From contig JAMPXO010000009.1 of assembly GCA_023701125.1 (NCBI GenBank), forward strand, positions 5,264 through 69,263: a stretch of DNA of 64,000 bases. Direction: 5' to 3'. Positions 29,266 to 37,750 of this stretch are shown here, piece after piece. A program made the position numbers and the translations under genes. Source of the stretch: Vicinamibacteria bacterium (GTDB taxonomy: Bacteria > Acidobacteriota > Vicinamibacteria > Fen-336). The notes under the pieces were generated by a model, which was not told where the DNA came from, did no database searches, and saw nothing but the letters and a program-made list of their open reading frames with translations. Positions within the stretch are counted from its first letter, which is position 1. Every line of letters begins with the position of its first letter.

Positions 29266-30731
29266 ACAAGCGACTCCTCGCCAGCCTGCTGGTCCTCGCC
29301 ACGGCGGCCGCGCTGCGCTTCCACGACCTGCCTGCCCGCCCCTTCCACCACGACGAGGGCGTCAACGGCTTCTTCCTGCAGCGGCTGCACGAGTTCGGCG
29401 AGTACAAGTACGACCCCGCCAACTATCACGGCCCGACGCTCTACTTCCTGACCCTGCCGCTGACGAAGCTCTTCGGCCTGCGCGACGAGGCGCTGCGCGG
29501 CCTGACCGCCCTCGCCGGCCTCGGCGCCGTGCTGATCGCGCTCTCGATGCGCGGTGTGCTCGGCCGCACCGGCGCGCTCGTGGCGGCCGCCCTGCTCGCG
29601 GTCTCGAATTCCGCCGTCTATTACTCGCGCTACTACATTCACGAGTCACTGGTCGTGCTGTTCGGCCTCGGCGCGGCGGCTGCGGCGCTGCGCTACCTGC
29701 GCACCGGGCGCCCGCTGTTCCTGTACCTGGGTGGCGCCAGCCTCGGCCTGCTGCTGGCGACCAAGGAGACGACGGTCGTCCACATCGCGGTGGCGCTGAT
29801 CGCCGCCGCGCTCGCGATGCTGACGCGGCCCGGGCGCGCGCTGCCGCGGCCGTCGCCTGCACAGCTCGGGTCGGCCTTCGGCGTCCTGCTCGGTGTCGCC
29901 GCGGTCTTCTACTCCTCGTTCGGGCGCGACCCGCAGGGTCTCGAGGGCGCGCTGAAGACCCTCGCGATCTGGGCCAAGACCGGCCGCGAGGCCCACGTGA
30001 ACCCCTGGTACCAGCACGCGCTGTGGCTGTGGGAGGGCGACCCCGCGCTGCTCGTCGCGGGCTCGATCGGCCTGCTGCTGGTGCTGGTCCCGACCGTGAT
30101 CGGGTTGCCCGCGCGCTGGCGCGAGCTGCGCGGCGGCGCCACCGAGCTGGCGGGCCGCCCCGGCCGTGCCGACGTCGCCCTCGCCGCGGGCGCGATCGGC
30201 ATCCTCTGCGCCTACTCGCTGGTCGCCTACAAGACGCCGTGGCTCGCGCTCAACGTGTCGGTGCCGCTGGCGCTGCTCGGCGGCCTCGCCGTCGACCGCG
30301 TCGGCAGCCGCAGCCGGCTGGCCGCGGCGCTGCTGCTGGTCGCGGCGCTCGGCTTCAGCGCGCGCACGACGATGGTCCAGTCCTTCGAGCGGCCCGCGGA
30401 CGAGACCCTGCCCTGGGCCTACGCCCACACCGACCCGCGCTATCCGGAGCTGGTGCGCGCGATCCGGAGCTTCGCGGAGCGCAGCGGCGCCGGCACTTCC
30501 CAGGCCGTCACGGTCACCTCGCCGGACTACTGGCCGCTGCCGTGGACGCTGCACGACTACCCCGCGATCGGCTATTGGGGCAAGGTCCCGGAGAACATCC
30601 CGAAGGGCCTGATCCTGGCCACCGCGGTGCAGCTCGAGGAGATCGGGCGCGGGGCCGCGGCCGCGCCGCGCGAGATCAGCCGCTTTCCGCTGCGGCCCGG
30701 CGTGGAGCTGGTGCTGCTGGAGAAGCCGTAG
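29262..30731 (+). CDS. GT39/ArnT-like membrane glycosyltransferase-family protein (TIGR03663-like)
   Basis: ATG overlaps the upstream stop (ATGA). RFHDLPARPFHHDEGVNGFF N-terminal motif typical of PMT/ArnT-like GT-C enzymes. Confidence 0.65.
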   Translation: MNKRLLASLLVLATAAALRFHDLPARPFHHDEGVNGFFLQRLHEFGEYKYDPANYHGPTLYFLTLPLTKLFGLRDEALRGLTALAGLGAVLIALSMRGVLGRTGALVAAALLAVSNSAVYYSRYYIHESLVVLFGLGAAAAALRYLRTGRPLFLYLGGASLGLLLATKETTVVHIAVALIAAALAMLTRPGRALPRPSPAQLGSAFGVLLGVAAVFYSSFGRDPQGLEGALKTLAIWAKTGREAHVNPWYQHALWLWEGDPALLVAGSIGLLLVLVPTVIGLPARWRELRGGATELAGRPGRADVALAAGAIGILCAYSLVAYKTPWLALNVSVPLALLGGLAVDRVGSRSRLAAALLLVAALGFSARTTMVQSFERPADETLPWAYAHTDPRYPELVRAIRSFAERSGAGTSQAVTVTSPDYWPLPWTLHDYPAIGYWGKVPENIPKGLILATAVQLEEIGRGAAAAPREISRFPLRPGVELVLLEKP

Positions 30732-30734
30732 CGC

Positions 30735-30884
30735 TCAGGCCCGTTCGATACGGCCGTTGTAGCAGCCGGGGCGGGCGTTGTGCAGGTGCAGGTAGCGGAC
30801 CTCGGGGTCCTCGAACGGGCGCTCGATCGCGGCCTCGAGCTCCACGCCTTCCACCACCTCCGCGCCCACCATCATCGCGGCCAC
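30735..30884 (-). CDS. possible small ORF (about 49 aa) or gene remnant
   Basis: Strong GC3 codon bias over VAAMMVGAEVVEGVELEAAIERPFEDPEVRYLHLHNARPGCYNGRIERA. No recognisable family. Upstream region is AT-richer. Confidence 0.25.
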   Translation of the reverse strand: MAAMMVGAEVVEGVELEAAIERPFEDPEVRYLHLHNARPGCYNGRIERA

Positions 30885-31022
30885 GAAGCGGAAGCAAGGG
30901 GGGGCCTGACCCCGGAGATTAGGACGGGACGCCGGCTGGGGGCGAGCATTTCGTGCCGGCCTCGGGTAGTTTCGGAGGATGCGTCCCGGCAGGGGGCCGG
31001 GCGCAGAGGAGGTCGACCAAGG

Positions 31023-31385
31023 ATGAAGAGGCAGAAGCTGGTGCTGGCCGCGGTGGCTGGCCTGGTCGCCGGTGTCGGTGCCGGGGCGCAGTCCCCGGCC
31101 GCCAAGCCGGAGAACGTTCAGTGCTGGGGCGTCAACAGCTGCGGCGGGCAGGCGAAGTGTTCGGTCACCACCGAGGACCTGGCGGCCGTCAAGAAGCTGA
31201 TGGGCGACGCCGAGTACCAGAAGAAGTTCGGCAAGTCCGAGGTCCACTCCTGCTCGGGCAAGGCCAAGTGTGGCGGCACGATGGGCGTCCTCAACTGGAT
31301 GGAACTCCCCGGCGACGTCTGCAAGGCCCGCGGCGGCCTGCTGCTCGAGGGCAAGCCCGGCGCGCGCGTCGCCCGCAAGGCGTAA
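31023..31385 (+). CDS. small secreted Cys-rich protein, DUF2282/bufferin-precursor-like
   Basis: GAGGAGG RBS. Signal peptide MKRQKLVLAAVAGLVAGVGAGAQS. Core with CWGVNSC, HSCSGKAKCGG and NWMELPGDVC, resembling the DUF2282 pattern (C-Y/W-G ... SC-A/S-G ... W..VP.G.C). Confidence 0.6.
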   Translation: MKRQKLVLAAVAGLVAGVGAGAQSPAAKPENVQCWGVNSCGGQAKCSVTTEDLAAVKKLMGDAEYQKKFGKSEVHSCSGKAKCGGTMGVLNWMELPGDVCKARGGLLLEGKPGARVARKA

Positions 31386-31390
31386 CCTCC

Positions 31391-31575
31391 CGGCGCCGGA
31401 ACCCACCGGGGGTTTGGGGGCGGAGGAGTTCCGTTTGCGACGTAGCCCCCATGGGACCGGCGCCGGGTTCATCCCGGCGTCGGAACCCACCGGGGGTTTG
31501 GGGGCGGAGGAGTTCCGTTTGCGACGTAGCCCCCATGGGACCGGCGCCGGGTTCATCCCGGCGTCGGAACCCGAC
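31391..31575. repeat. tandem pair (plus a partial) of 84-bp REP-like units
   Basis: GGAACCCACCGGGGGTTTGGGGGCGGAGGAGTTCCGTTTGCGACGTAGCCCCCATGGGACCGGCGCCGGGTTCATCCCGGCGTC occurs twice head-to-tail. It has internal palindromes CCCATGGG and CGCCGGG-ttcat-CCCGGCG. Confidence 0.9.
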
Positions 31576-31635
31576 GGGCGGCCCTCCCTGGCGAGTGGCC
31601 GCCCCGCGTCGTTTCTGCGCCGCGCCGGAGGACGA

Positions 31636-32871
31636 ATGAGAACCCGCACCGTGGCCTTCACCCTCGCGAGCCTGCTGCTGCCGGCCGCGGCATCCGCAGC
31701 GGAGGCGCCCGACGTGCTCGACCAGATCCTGCGCGGGCGGCCGGAGCTCGCCACCGTGCTGCAGCAGGCCGAGCGGCACCGGCTGCAGATCCTCTACACC
31801 CAGATCGACCGCGACGCGGCCAACAAGCCGACCTTCCGCTCGTACGGCTACCGGCTCGACGACCCGCGCTACTTCTACCCCGCGAGCACGGTGAAGCTGC
31901 CCGCCGCAGTGCTGGCGCTCGAGAAGCTGCACGACCTGAAGGTCCCGGGCCTGACCCGCGACACGCCGCTGCGGATCGAGGCCGGCACGCCGCGCCAGAC
32001 GGCCGTCGACCGCGACGAGAGCAAGGCCGACGGCCTGCCGACGATCGCCCACTTCGTGAAGAAGATCTTCCTGGTCAGCGACAACGACGCCTTCAATCGG
32101 CTGTTCGAGTTCCTCGGCCAGCGCGGGCTCAACGAGCGATTGTGGGAGCTTGGCCACCAGGACGCCCGCATCCTGCGCCGACTGGAGGCCGGGATGGACG
32201 ACGCGGAGAACCGCGTCACCAACCCGTTCGTGTTCTTCCAGGGGCCGAAGGAGATCCACCGCCAGCCGCTCGCCCGCAACGACGCGGAGTGGACGATCGA
32301 CAGGCCCGACGTGCGCCAGGGTCGCGGCTACATCAAGGACGGCGCGCTGGTCGAGCAGCCGATGGACTTCAGCCGTTCCAACTTCCTGTCGCTGAAGACG
32401 CTGCAGGACGTGCTCAAGGCCGTCGTGTTCCCCGAGGCGATGCCGCAGGAGAAGCGCCTCCGGTTGAGCGAGGACGACCGCCGCTTCCTGCTGCGCGCGA
32501 TGTCGACGCTGCCCCGCGAGAGCACCGAGCCCGCCTACCCGAACCGCGACGAGTTCCCCGACGCGTACGTGAAGTACTTCCTGTACGCCGGCTCGAAGCA
32601 GCCGATCCCCGCCAACATCCGCATCTACAACAAGGTGGGCCAGGCCTACGGCTACCTGCTCGACGACGCCTACGTGGTCGACTTCGACAACGGCGTCGAG
32701 TTCCTGCTGACCGCGGTGCTGCAGGTCAACGACGACCAGGTCTACAACGACGACAAGTACGAGTACGACACCGTCGGCTTCCCGTTCCTGGCCCAGCTCG
32801 GCCGCGCGGTGTACGAGCACGAGCTGAAGCGCCCCCGCCCCCGCCGCCCGGACCTGTCCCACCTGCGTTGA
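31636..32871 (+). CDS. class-A beta-lactamase-like serine hydrolase (secreted)
   Basis: Signal peptide. STVK (SxxK), SDN, and a K-V-G (KTG-like) motif. GGAGGA RBS. The track ORF start at 31270 is an artefact of translating through the repeats. Confidence 0.7.
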   Translation: MRTRTVAFTLASLLLPAAASAAEAPDVLDQILRGRPELATVLQQAERHRLQILYTQIDRDAANKPTFRSYGYRLDDPRYFYPASTVKLPAAVLALEKLHDLKVPGLTRDTPLRIEAGTPRQTAVDRDESKADGLPTIAHFVKKIFLVSDNDAFNRLFEFLGQRGLNERLWELGHQDARILRRLEAGMDDAENRVTNPFVFFQGPKEIHRQPLARNDAEWTIDRPDVRQGRGYIKDGALVEQPMDFSRSNFLSLKTLQDVLKAVVFPEAMPQEKRLRLSEDDRRFLLRAMSTLPRESTEPAYPNRDEFPDAYVKYFLYAGSKQPIPANIRIYNKVGQAYGYLLDDAYVVDFDNGVEFLLTAVLQVNDDQVYNDDKYEYDTVGFPFLAQLGRAVYEHELKRPRPRRPDLSHLR

Positions 32872-32896
32872 GGCTTGTGCCGGGCGCCCGCCCGCC

Positions 32897-32980
32897 GACG
32901 GGGTTTGGGGGTGGAGGCCCTCCGTTCGGGCCGGAGCCCCCATGGGACCGGCGACGGGTTCATCCCGGCGCCGGAACCCA
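32897..32980. repeat. single diverged copy of the REP-like element
   Basis: GGGGTTTGGGGGTGGAGGCCCTCCGTTCGGGCCGGAGCCCCCATGGGACCGGCGACGGGTTCATCCCGGCGCCGGAACCC. Confidence 0.85.
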
Positions 32981-32997
32981 TCCCGATGCGACGACGC

Positions 32998-33417
32998 TCA
33001 GCGCCAGAGCTTCACGCCGGCGCGGCGGGCGGCCTCGCGCAGCGGACCGTCCTTGCAGGCGAGCTCCAGCCTTCGCCGCTGCGCCAGCTCGAGATAGGCC
33101 GCGTCGTAGACGGAGATCTCGTGCGTCATCGCCAACTCGGCCAGCCGCGAGAAGGCCAGCGCGGCCATCTCGTGGTCCACGCGAAGCGCGAGGCCGCCCA
33201 GCCAGCCGAGTGCCTGCTGCCGCTCCTCGGCGGTGAGCTTCTTCCTGCGGACCAGCACCGTCAGCGCGTTCGCGACCTCCAACGGCCACAGCGCCGGCAC
33301 CTCGACGGCCGCACCTTGGACCAGGGCGTCGAGCATCGACTCGGTCGCCGACGTCGCCTGTCCCGGATGTACCCAGGCCACGGCGACTGATGCGTCTGCC
33401 ACGAAGGCGGGTTTCAA
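32998..33417 (-). CDS. vapC: PIN-domain toxin VapC
   Basis: PIN fold: acidic residues (FVADASV ... YDAAYLELA). 139 aa. Confidence 0.8.
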   Translation of the reverse strand: MKPAFVADASVAVAWVHPGQATSATESMLDALVQGAAVEVPALWPLEVANALTVLVRRKKLTAEERQQALGWLGGLALRVDHEMAALAFSRLAELAMTHEISVYDAAYLELAQRRRLELACKDGPLREAARRAGVKLWR

Positions 33418-33671
33418 GCGCGCCCGTCGTCGATGGCCGCCCGGACCTCGCGGTCACTGAGGCCGGCCTTGCTCCGCCGCCGGATCTGCTGCTGCAAGCC
33501 ACGCAGGCCAGCGACGGCGCGACCCACCGCCTCCAGCCGTTGGCCTCCCTCCGGGATCACGCGAGCGACGGGCTTGTCGTGGCGGGTGATGACGATCTCC
33601 TCGCCGCGGGCCACCCGGCCCAGCAGCGCGCCGAAGTGGGTCTTGGCCTCCAGGGCCGTCACTCTGGCCAC
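33414..33671 (-). CDS. vapB: Phd/YefM-type antitoxin VapB
   Basis: 85 aa. GTG start with GGGAGGGAA RBS. ATGA overlap with vapC. TGATCA-N5-TGATCA inverted boxes in its promoter. Confidence 0.8.
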   Translation of the reverse strand: MARVTALEAKTHFGALLGRVARGEEIVITRHDKPVARVIPEGGQRLEAVGRAVAGLRGLQQQIRRRSKAGLSDREVRAAIDDGRA

Positions 33672-33747
33672 AAATTCCCTCCCGTTCGATATTGATCAGT
33701 CGATGATCATTCTAGCCGGTCGCGAGGTCCGGTAAGCTCGCGGCTCC

Positions 33748-35430
33748 ATGGCCGCCCTCGCCCTGTTCGTGATGATCGTGCTCGCCGCCGGGTACCGCCT
33801 GTACGGCGGCTGGGTGGCGGCGCAGTTCTCCCTCGACGACGGCCGCACCACGCCCGCCGTCTCGCGCGAAGACGGGGTCGATTTCGTGCCCACCCGTCCG
33901 TTCTACCTGATGGGCCAGCACTTCAGCGCGATCGCCGCCGCCGGCCCGATCGCCGGCCCGATCCTCGCCGCGCAACAGTTCGGCTGGCTGCCGTGCATCC
34001 TCTGGATCGGGCTCGGCGTGATCTTCATCGGCGCAGTGCACGATTTCTCCGCGCTGGTCGCCTCCGTGCGCCACGAGGCGCGCTCGATCGCGGAGATCGT
34101 GCGCATCCACCTCGGCACGCGGGCGTGGAAGGCGATCATGGCCTTCATCTGGCTGGCCCTCGTCTACGTGATCCTGGCCTTCACGGACATCACCGCCGCC
34201 ACGTTCGTGGGCGTGACGGAGGACATCGCGGGTCTCTCCTTCTCCTTCAATCCCGGCGGCGCGGTCGCGCTGGCGTCGGTGCTCTACCTGGTGCTGTCGA
34301 TGCTGCTCGGCCTCGCCGAGCGCTACCTGCACCCGCCGCTGTGGCTGACGACGGTGATCGGCGTGCCGGCCACGCTGCTGTGCGTCTGGCTCGGCACCCA
34401 GTACTCGACGCTGCTGGTCGCGGACGCCCGCACCTGGGGCGTGATCATCCTGCTCTATTGCCTGGTCGCCTCGCTGACCCCCGTGTGGCTGCTGCTTCAG
34501 CCGCGCGGATATCTCGGCGGCTTCGTGCTCTACATGGCGATCGCGGTCGGCCTGATCGGCATCTTCTTCGGCGGCTTCGAGATCCAGCAGGACGCGTTCA
34601 AGACCTGGCACGCGCCCGGCGCCACCGGCGCGCTGTTCCCGTTCCTGTTCGTGACCATCGCCTGCGGCGCCTGCTCCGGCTTCCACGGCCTCGTCTGCTC
34701 GGGCACCACGTCGAAGCAGATCGCCCACGAATCGGACACGCGGCCCGTCGGCTACGGCGCGATGCTGCTCGAGGGCTTCGTGGCGCTGATCGCGCTGTCG
34801 ACCGTGATGATCGCGGTGCCGGCCGAGCTCGCCGGCAAGGGCCCGGGGGCCATCTACGGCGCCGGCCTCGGCCGCTACCTGACCGTGTTGATCGGCGAAC
34901 AGCACCTGCTGTTCGCCACGACCTTCGGCGCGATGGCGTTCTCGACCTTCGTCTTCGACACCCTCGACGTCACCACCCGGCTCGGCCGCTACATCGTCCA
35001 GGAGCTGTTCGGGGCGACCAGCCGCACGGGCGCCTGGATCGGCACCGCGGTCACCGTGCTGGTGCCGCTCGCGCTGCTGCTGCTGGCCGGCGAGGGCGCG
35101 TACCGCTCGTTCTGGGTCCTGTTCGGCACCTCGAACCAGTTGCTGGCGGCGCTGAGCCTGCTCGGCATCTCGGTGTGGCTGCGGCGAACCGGGCGGCGCA
35201 GTCTCTTCACGCTGCTGCCGATGGCGTTCGTGCTGACGATCACGCTGGCCTCGCTGGTGATCCAGATCCGGGCCGCGGCGGCCCAGGTCGCGGCCCGCGG
35301 CGTCGCCTTCGATGTGGGGGATCTCAACGGTTTCGTCTCCGTGCTGCTCTTCGGGCTGGCGCTGGTCCAGGTCGTGGAGGCCGTGCGGGCCTGGAAGCGC
35401 CCCCTGGACGCTGCCGGGGCCATCGCGTAA
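33748..35430 (+). CDS. cstA: carbon starvation protein A (peptide transporter family)
   Basis: Strong CstA-like N-terminus (FYLMGQHFSAIAAAGPIAGPILAAQ..) and length. Confidence 0.85.
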   Translation: MAALALFVMIVLAAGYRLYGGWVAAQFSLDDGRTTPAVSREDGVDFVPTRPFYLMGQHFSAIAAAGPIAGPILAAQQFGWLPCILWIGLGVIFIGAVHDFSALVASVRHEARSIAEIVRIHLGTRAWKAIMAFIWLALVYVILAFTDITAATFVGVTEDIAGLSFSFNPGGAVALASVLYLVLSMLLGLAERYLHPPLWLTTVIGVPATLLCVWLGTQYSTLLVADARTWGVIILLYCLVASLTPVWLLLQPRGYLGGFVLYMAIAVGLIGIFFGGFEIQQDAFKTWHAPGATGALFPFLFVTIACGACSGFHGLVCSGTTSKQIAHESDTRPVGYGAMLLEGFVALIALSTVMIAVPAELAGKGPGAIYGAGLGRYLTVLIGEQHLLFATTFGAMAFSTFVFDTLDVTTRLGRYIVQELFGATSRTGAWIGTAVTVLVPLALLLLAGEGAYRSFWVLFGTSNQLLAALSLLGISVWLRRTGRRSLFTLLPMAFVLTITLASLVIQIRAAAAQVAARGVAFDVGDLNGFVSVLLFGLALVQVVEAVRAWKRPLDAAGAIA

Positions 35431-35438
35431 CTGCCCGT

Positions 35439-35522
35439 CGGTTCCGTCGCCGGGGGAACCCGGCGCCGGTCCCATGGGGCCTACGTCGCCAACGGCGGCT
35501 CCTCCGCCCCAAACCCCCGTCG
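35439..35522. repeat. single copy of the REP-like element (reverse orientation)
   Basis: CGGGGGAACCCGGCGCCGGTCCCATGGGGCCTACGTCGCCAACGGCGGCTCCTCCGCCCCAAACCCCCG, starting 9 bp after the cstA stop. Confidence 0.85.
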
Positions 35523-35692
35523 AAGTTCGCGAAACCGGGCTCCTCATGGGCGCCTCATCGACGGCTCGGCAACAACATTCAATTTTCACGAAACCCCCGC
35601 GTCGCTGCCGGCGTCTTACTCGGCAGTCCAGCACATTCGACGCGGGCGCCCGAGGGGGGCTTCGGAGCGGCCTGCGAGGAGCACAGCACGCG

Positions 35693-35947
35693 ATGAAGCG
35701 GATCCTGCCCACCCCGGACGGTCGCCCCGGCCTGCGCCACCTGCTCGACGCATACGAGCGCCAGATCATCGAGGCCGCGCTGCGCACCCGCCACGGCAAC
35801 CAGCGCCGCGCCGCGGCCGATCTCGGGCTGCTGCCGACGACGCTGCACGAGAAGATGAAGCGGCTGGGCCTGCTGCGGCGCGAGCGGGCGGCCGCGGTGC
35901 CGGCAGCGAGCGCGAGCGGCGTGGCGGGCTGGGCCCAGGCCAGCTGA
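35693..35947 (+). CDS. small Fis-family HTH DNA-binding protein
   Basis: 84 aa. QRRAAADLGLLPTTLHEKMKRLGL is a Fis-type C-terminal HTH. Confidence 0.55.
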   Translation: MKRILPTPDGRPGLRHLLDAYERQIIEAALRTRHGNQRRAAADLGLLPTTLHEKMKRLGLLRRERAAAVPAASASGVAGWAQAS

Positions 35948-35954
35948 CCGCGGG

Positions 35955-37340
35955 TCAGGCGCGCGCGGTCTCGTCGAGCCGGCGGCATCCCTCCAGCAGG
36001 AGCTGCGCGAAGTTCTCGCCCAGCGCGGCACCGCGCGCGGCGGGCCCCGGCCGGAACTCGAAGTCGCCGCGGGTCAGGCCGATCACCCCGTAGACCGCGG
36101 CCTCGGCCTCGAGCCCCGGGCCGCGTGCGCCGACGATCTCGCCAAGGGCGAAGTCCACGTCCCACGACTGCTGGCCCGAGCGCAGCTCGAGCCGGCCCGT
36201 CATGCGGCCGAGGTGACACATCTGCAGTGCGCCGGGCGCGCCGACCGCTTCCAGCCGGCCCTCGACCCCGGTGCCAGGCGCGCGGCGCTCGCGGCGGCCG
36301 AGGTCGGAGAAGCGCTTGAGGATCAGCCGCACGCGGATCAGCAACTCGCGCACCGGCGTGTCCTTGGAGAGGAACTCGTCCGCGCCGGCCTCCAGGCCCT
36401 CGTAGCGCTGCTCGTAGCCGTCCCAGCCCGAGAGGAAGATGAGCGGCACGTGGCGAGTCAGGCTGTGGGCGCGGATCTCGCGGCACAGGGCGAGGCCGTC
36501 CATGCCACTCATCGCGACGTCGGTGAGGATCAGCCACGGCCGCCGCTCCAGCGCGACGTGGACCGCCTCTTCGCCGCCCGAGGCCTCCAGCACCTCGAAG
36601 CCCTGGGCCAGGAACAGGCTCTTCAGGAAGCTGCGGAACGTGAGGTTGTCGTCGACCAGCAGCACGCTGCGCAGTGGCTGCGGGATGTCGTCGAAGCTCG
36701 GCAGCTCGGGCAGCGAGCCCGGCAGCCGGCTCGGCTCCGGCGTGGCGACGACCTCGCGGGTGGGATCGAGCTCGCGGAACAGGACGCGGGCCCCGGGTGC
36801 CGCCTGGACCGCGCCCGCGACCACCGCCCCGGCGTGGACGAGGGCCGTGCCGCCGCCCTCGACCGAGACGAGCCCGCTGCGCTGCTCGCGGCCGACCTCT
36901 TCGAGCAGCTCGCGAGCGCCGTCGGGGCCGGCGGTCTCGGCGACGGTGCCGCTGCGGTCTGCGAGCGACTCCAGGATGCGAGCGATGCGGCGCAGCAGCA
37001 GCTCGCGGGTGAACGGCTTGGTCATGTAGTCGACGACACCGTAGCGGAAGGCCTCGACCCGCGAGGTGAACTCGCGGTGAGCGGTCAGGAAGACGACGGG
37101 GCGATCGACGGTCTCGGGGTCGGCCTGCAGCGCGCGCAGCACACCGTAGCCGTCGAGGCCGGGCATCGAGATGTCGCACAGCACGAGGTCGGGCTGCTCG
37201 CGGCGCACGATCGGCAGCGCGTCGTGGGGATCGCCGGTCGAGACGACCCGGTAGCCGGCCGACCCGAGCAATGCCTCGAGCAGCTCCCGGATCGCGGGCT
37301 CGTCCTCGACGACGACGATGGAGCGCTGGCGATCGGGCAC
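35955..37340 (-). CDS. dual receiver-domain response regulator with C-terminal DUF4388-like domain
   Basis: Two REC domains (IVVVEDEPAIRELL..DLVLCDISMPGLDG and VLLVDDNLTFRSFL..LILTDVAMSGMDG). C-terminal domain GRMTGRLELRSGQQSWDVDFALGEIV. Confidence 0.75.
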   Translation of the reverse strand: MPDRQRSIVVVEDEPAIRELLEALLGSAGYRVVSTGDPHDALPIVRREQPDLVLCDISMPGLDGYGVLRALQADPETVDRPVVFLTAHREFTSRVEAFRYGVVDYMTKPFTRELLLRRIARILESLADRSGTVAETAGPDGARELLEEVGREQRSGLVSVEGGGTALVHAGAVVAGAVQAAPGARVLFRELDPTREVVATPEPSRLPGSLPELPSFDDIPQPLRSVLLVDDNLTFRSFLKSLFLAQGFEVLEASGGEEAVHVALERRPWLILTDVAMSGMDGLALCREIRAHSLTRHVPLIFLSGWDGYEQRYEGLEAGADEFLSKDTPVRELLIRVRLILKRFSDLGRRERRAPGTGVEGRLEAVGAPGALQMCHLGRMTGRLELRSGQQSWDVDFALGEIVGARGPGLEAEAAVYGVIGLTRGDFEFRPGPAARGAALGENFAQLLLEGCRRLDETARA

Positions 37341-37408
37341 GGGGGGCTAGGGTACACGAAGCGCTACCATCGCGGCAGGGCGGGCGGTTCCGTGCGCGAG
37401 GAGACCAG

Positions 37409-37738
37409 GTGGCGATCGAAGCCGTGCCGTTCACGACGACGGACTGGGCGAAGGTACCGGTGACCGAGCACCCGGGCACCACCGGTGTGGCTCGCTGGCG
37501 CACCGTCCTGCAGGGCAACGTCCGGGTCAGGATGGTCGAGTACAGCCCGGGGTACGTGGCCGACCACTGGTGCGAGCGCGGTCACGTGCTGCTGGTGCTG
37601 GAGGGCGAGCTGGTCACGGAGCTGGCGGACGGCCGCGAGGTCCGCCTGCGGCCCGGCACCAGCTACCAGGTCGGCGACGGCGTGATGGCGCACCGCTCAC
37701 GAACCGCCGGCGGCGCCCGGCTGTTCATCGTGGATTGA
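37409..37738 (+). CDS. small cupin-fold protein (DHCW-motif type)
   Basis: GTG start after GAGGAG. GYVADHWCERGHVLLVLEGEL. Confidence 0.55.
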   Translation: MAIEAVPFTTTDWAKVPVTEHPGTTGVARWRTVLQGNVRVRMVEYSPGYVADHWCERGHVLLVLEGELVTELADGREVRLRPGTSYQVGDGVMAHRSRTAGGARLFIVD

Positions 37739-37750
37739 GGCGACGCCGGG

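Noticed and set aside
25842-30731. 1629-aa + ORF
   Set aside because: Only the last 1470 bp (GT39-like, ATG 29262) is coding in that frame. Upstream it is the shadow of the RidA, SDR and membrane-protein genes.
31023-31385. Complete bufferin (MNIO) biosynthetic operon
   Set aside because: Every ORF in the window was examined and none is a DUF692/MNIO, DUF2063 or DoxX protein. Only the precursor-like peptide is present.
31270-31635. N-terminal 122 codons of the ORF 31270..32871 and ORF 30953..31639, with duplicated peptide PEPTGGLGAEEFRLRRSPHGTGAGFIPASE
   Set aside because: Artefact of translating through the tandem REP-like units. The hydrolase has its own RBS, ATG and signal peptide at 31636.
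33712-37518. 1268-aa - ORF and similar giant ORFs (41388..43568+, 48153..50345-, 50435..53551-, 53805..56627-)
   Set aside because: Stop-codon-poor alternate frames of a 72% GC genome, with no domain content. Each overlaps well-supported genes on the other strand or frame.
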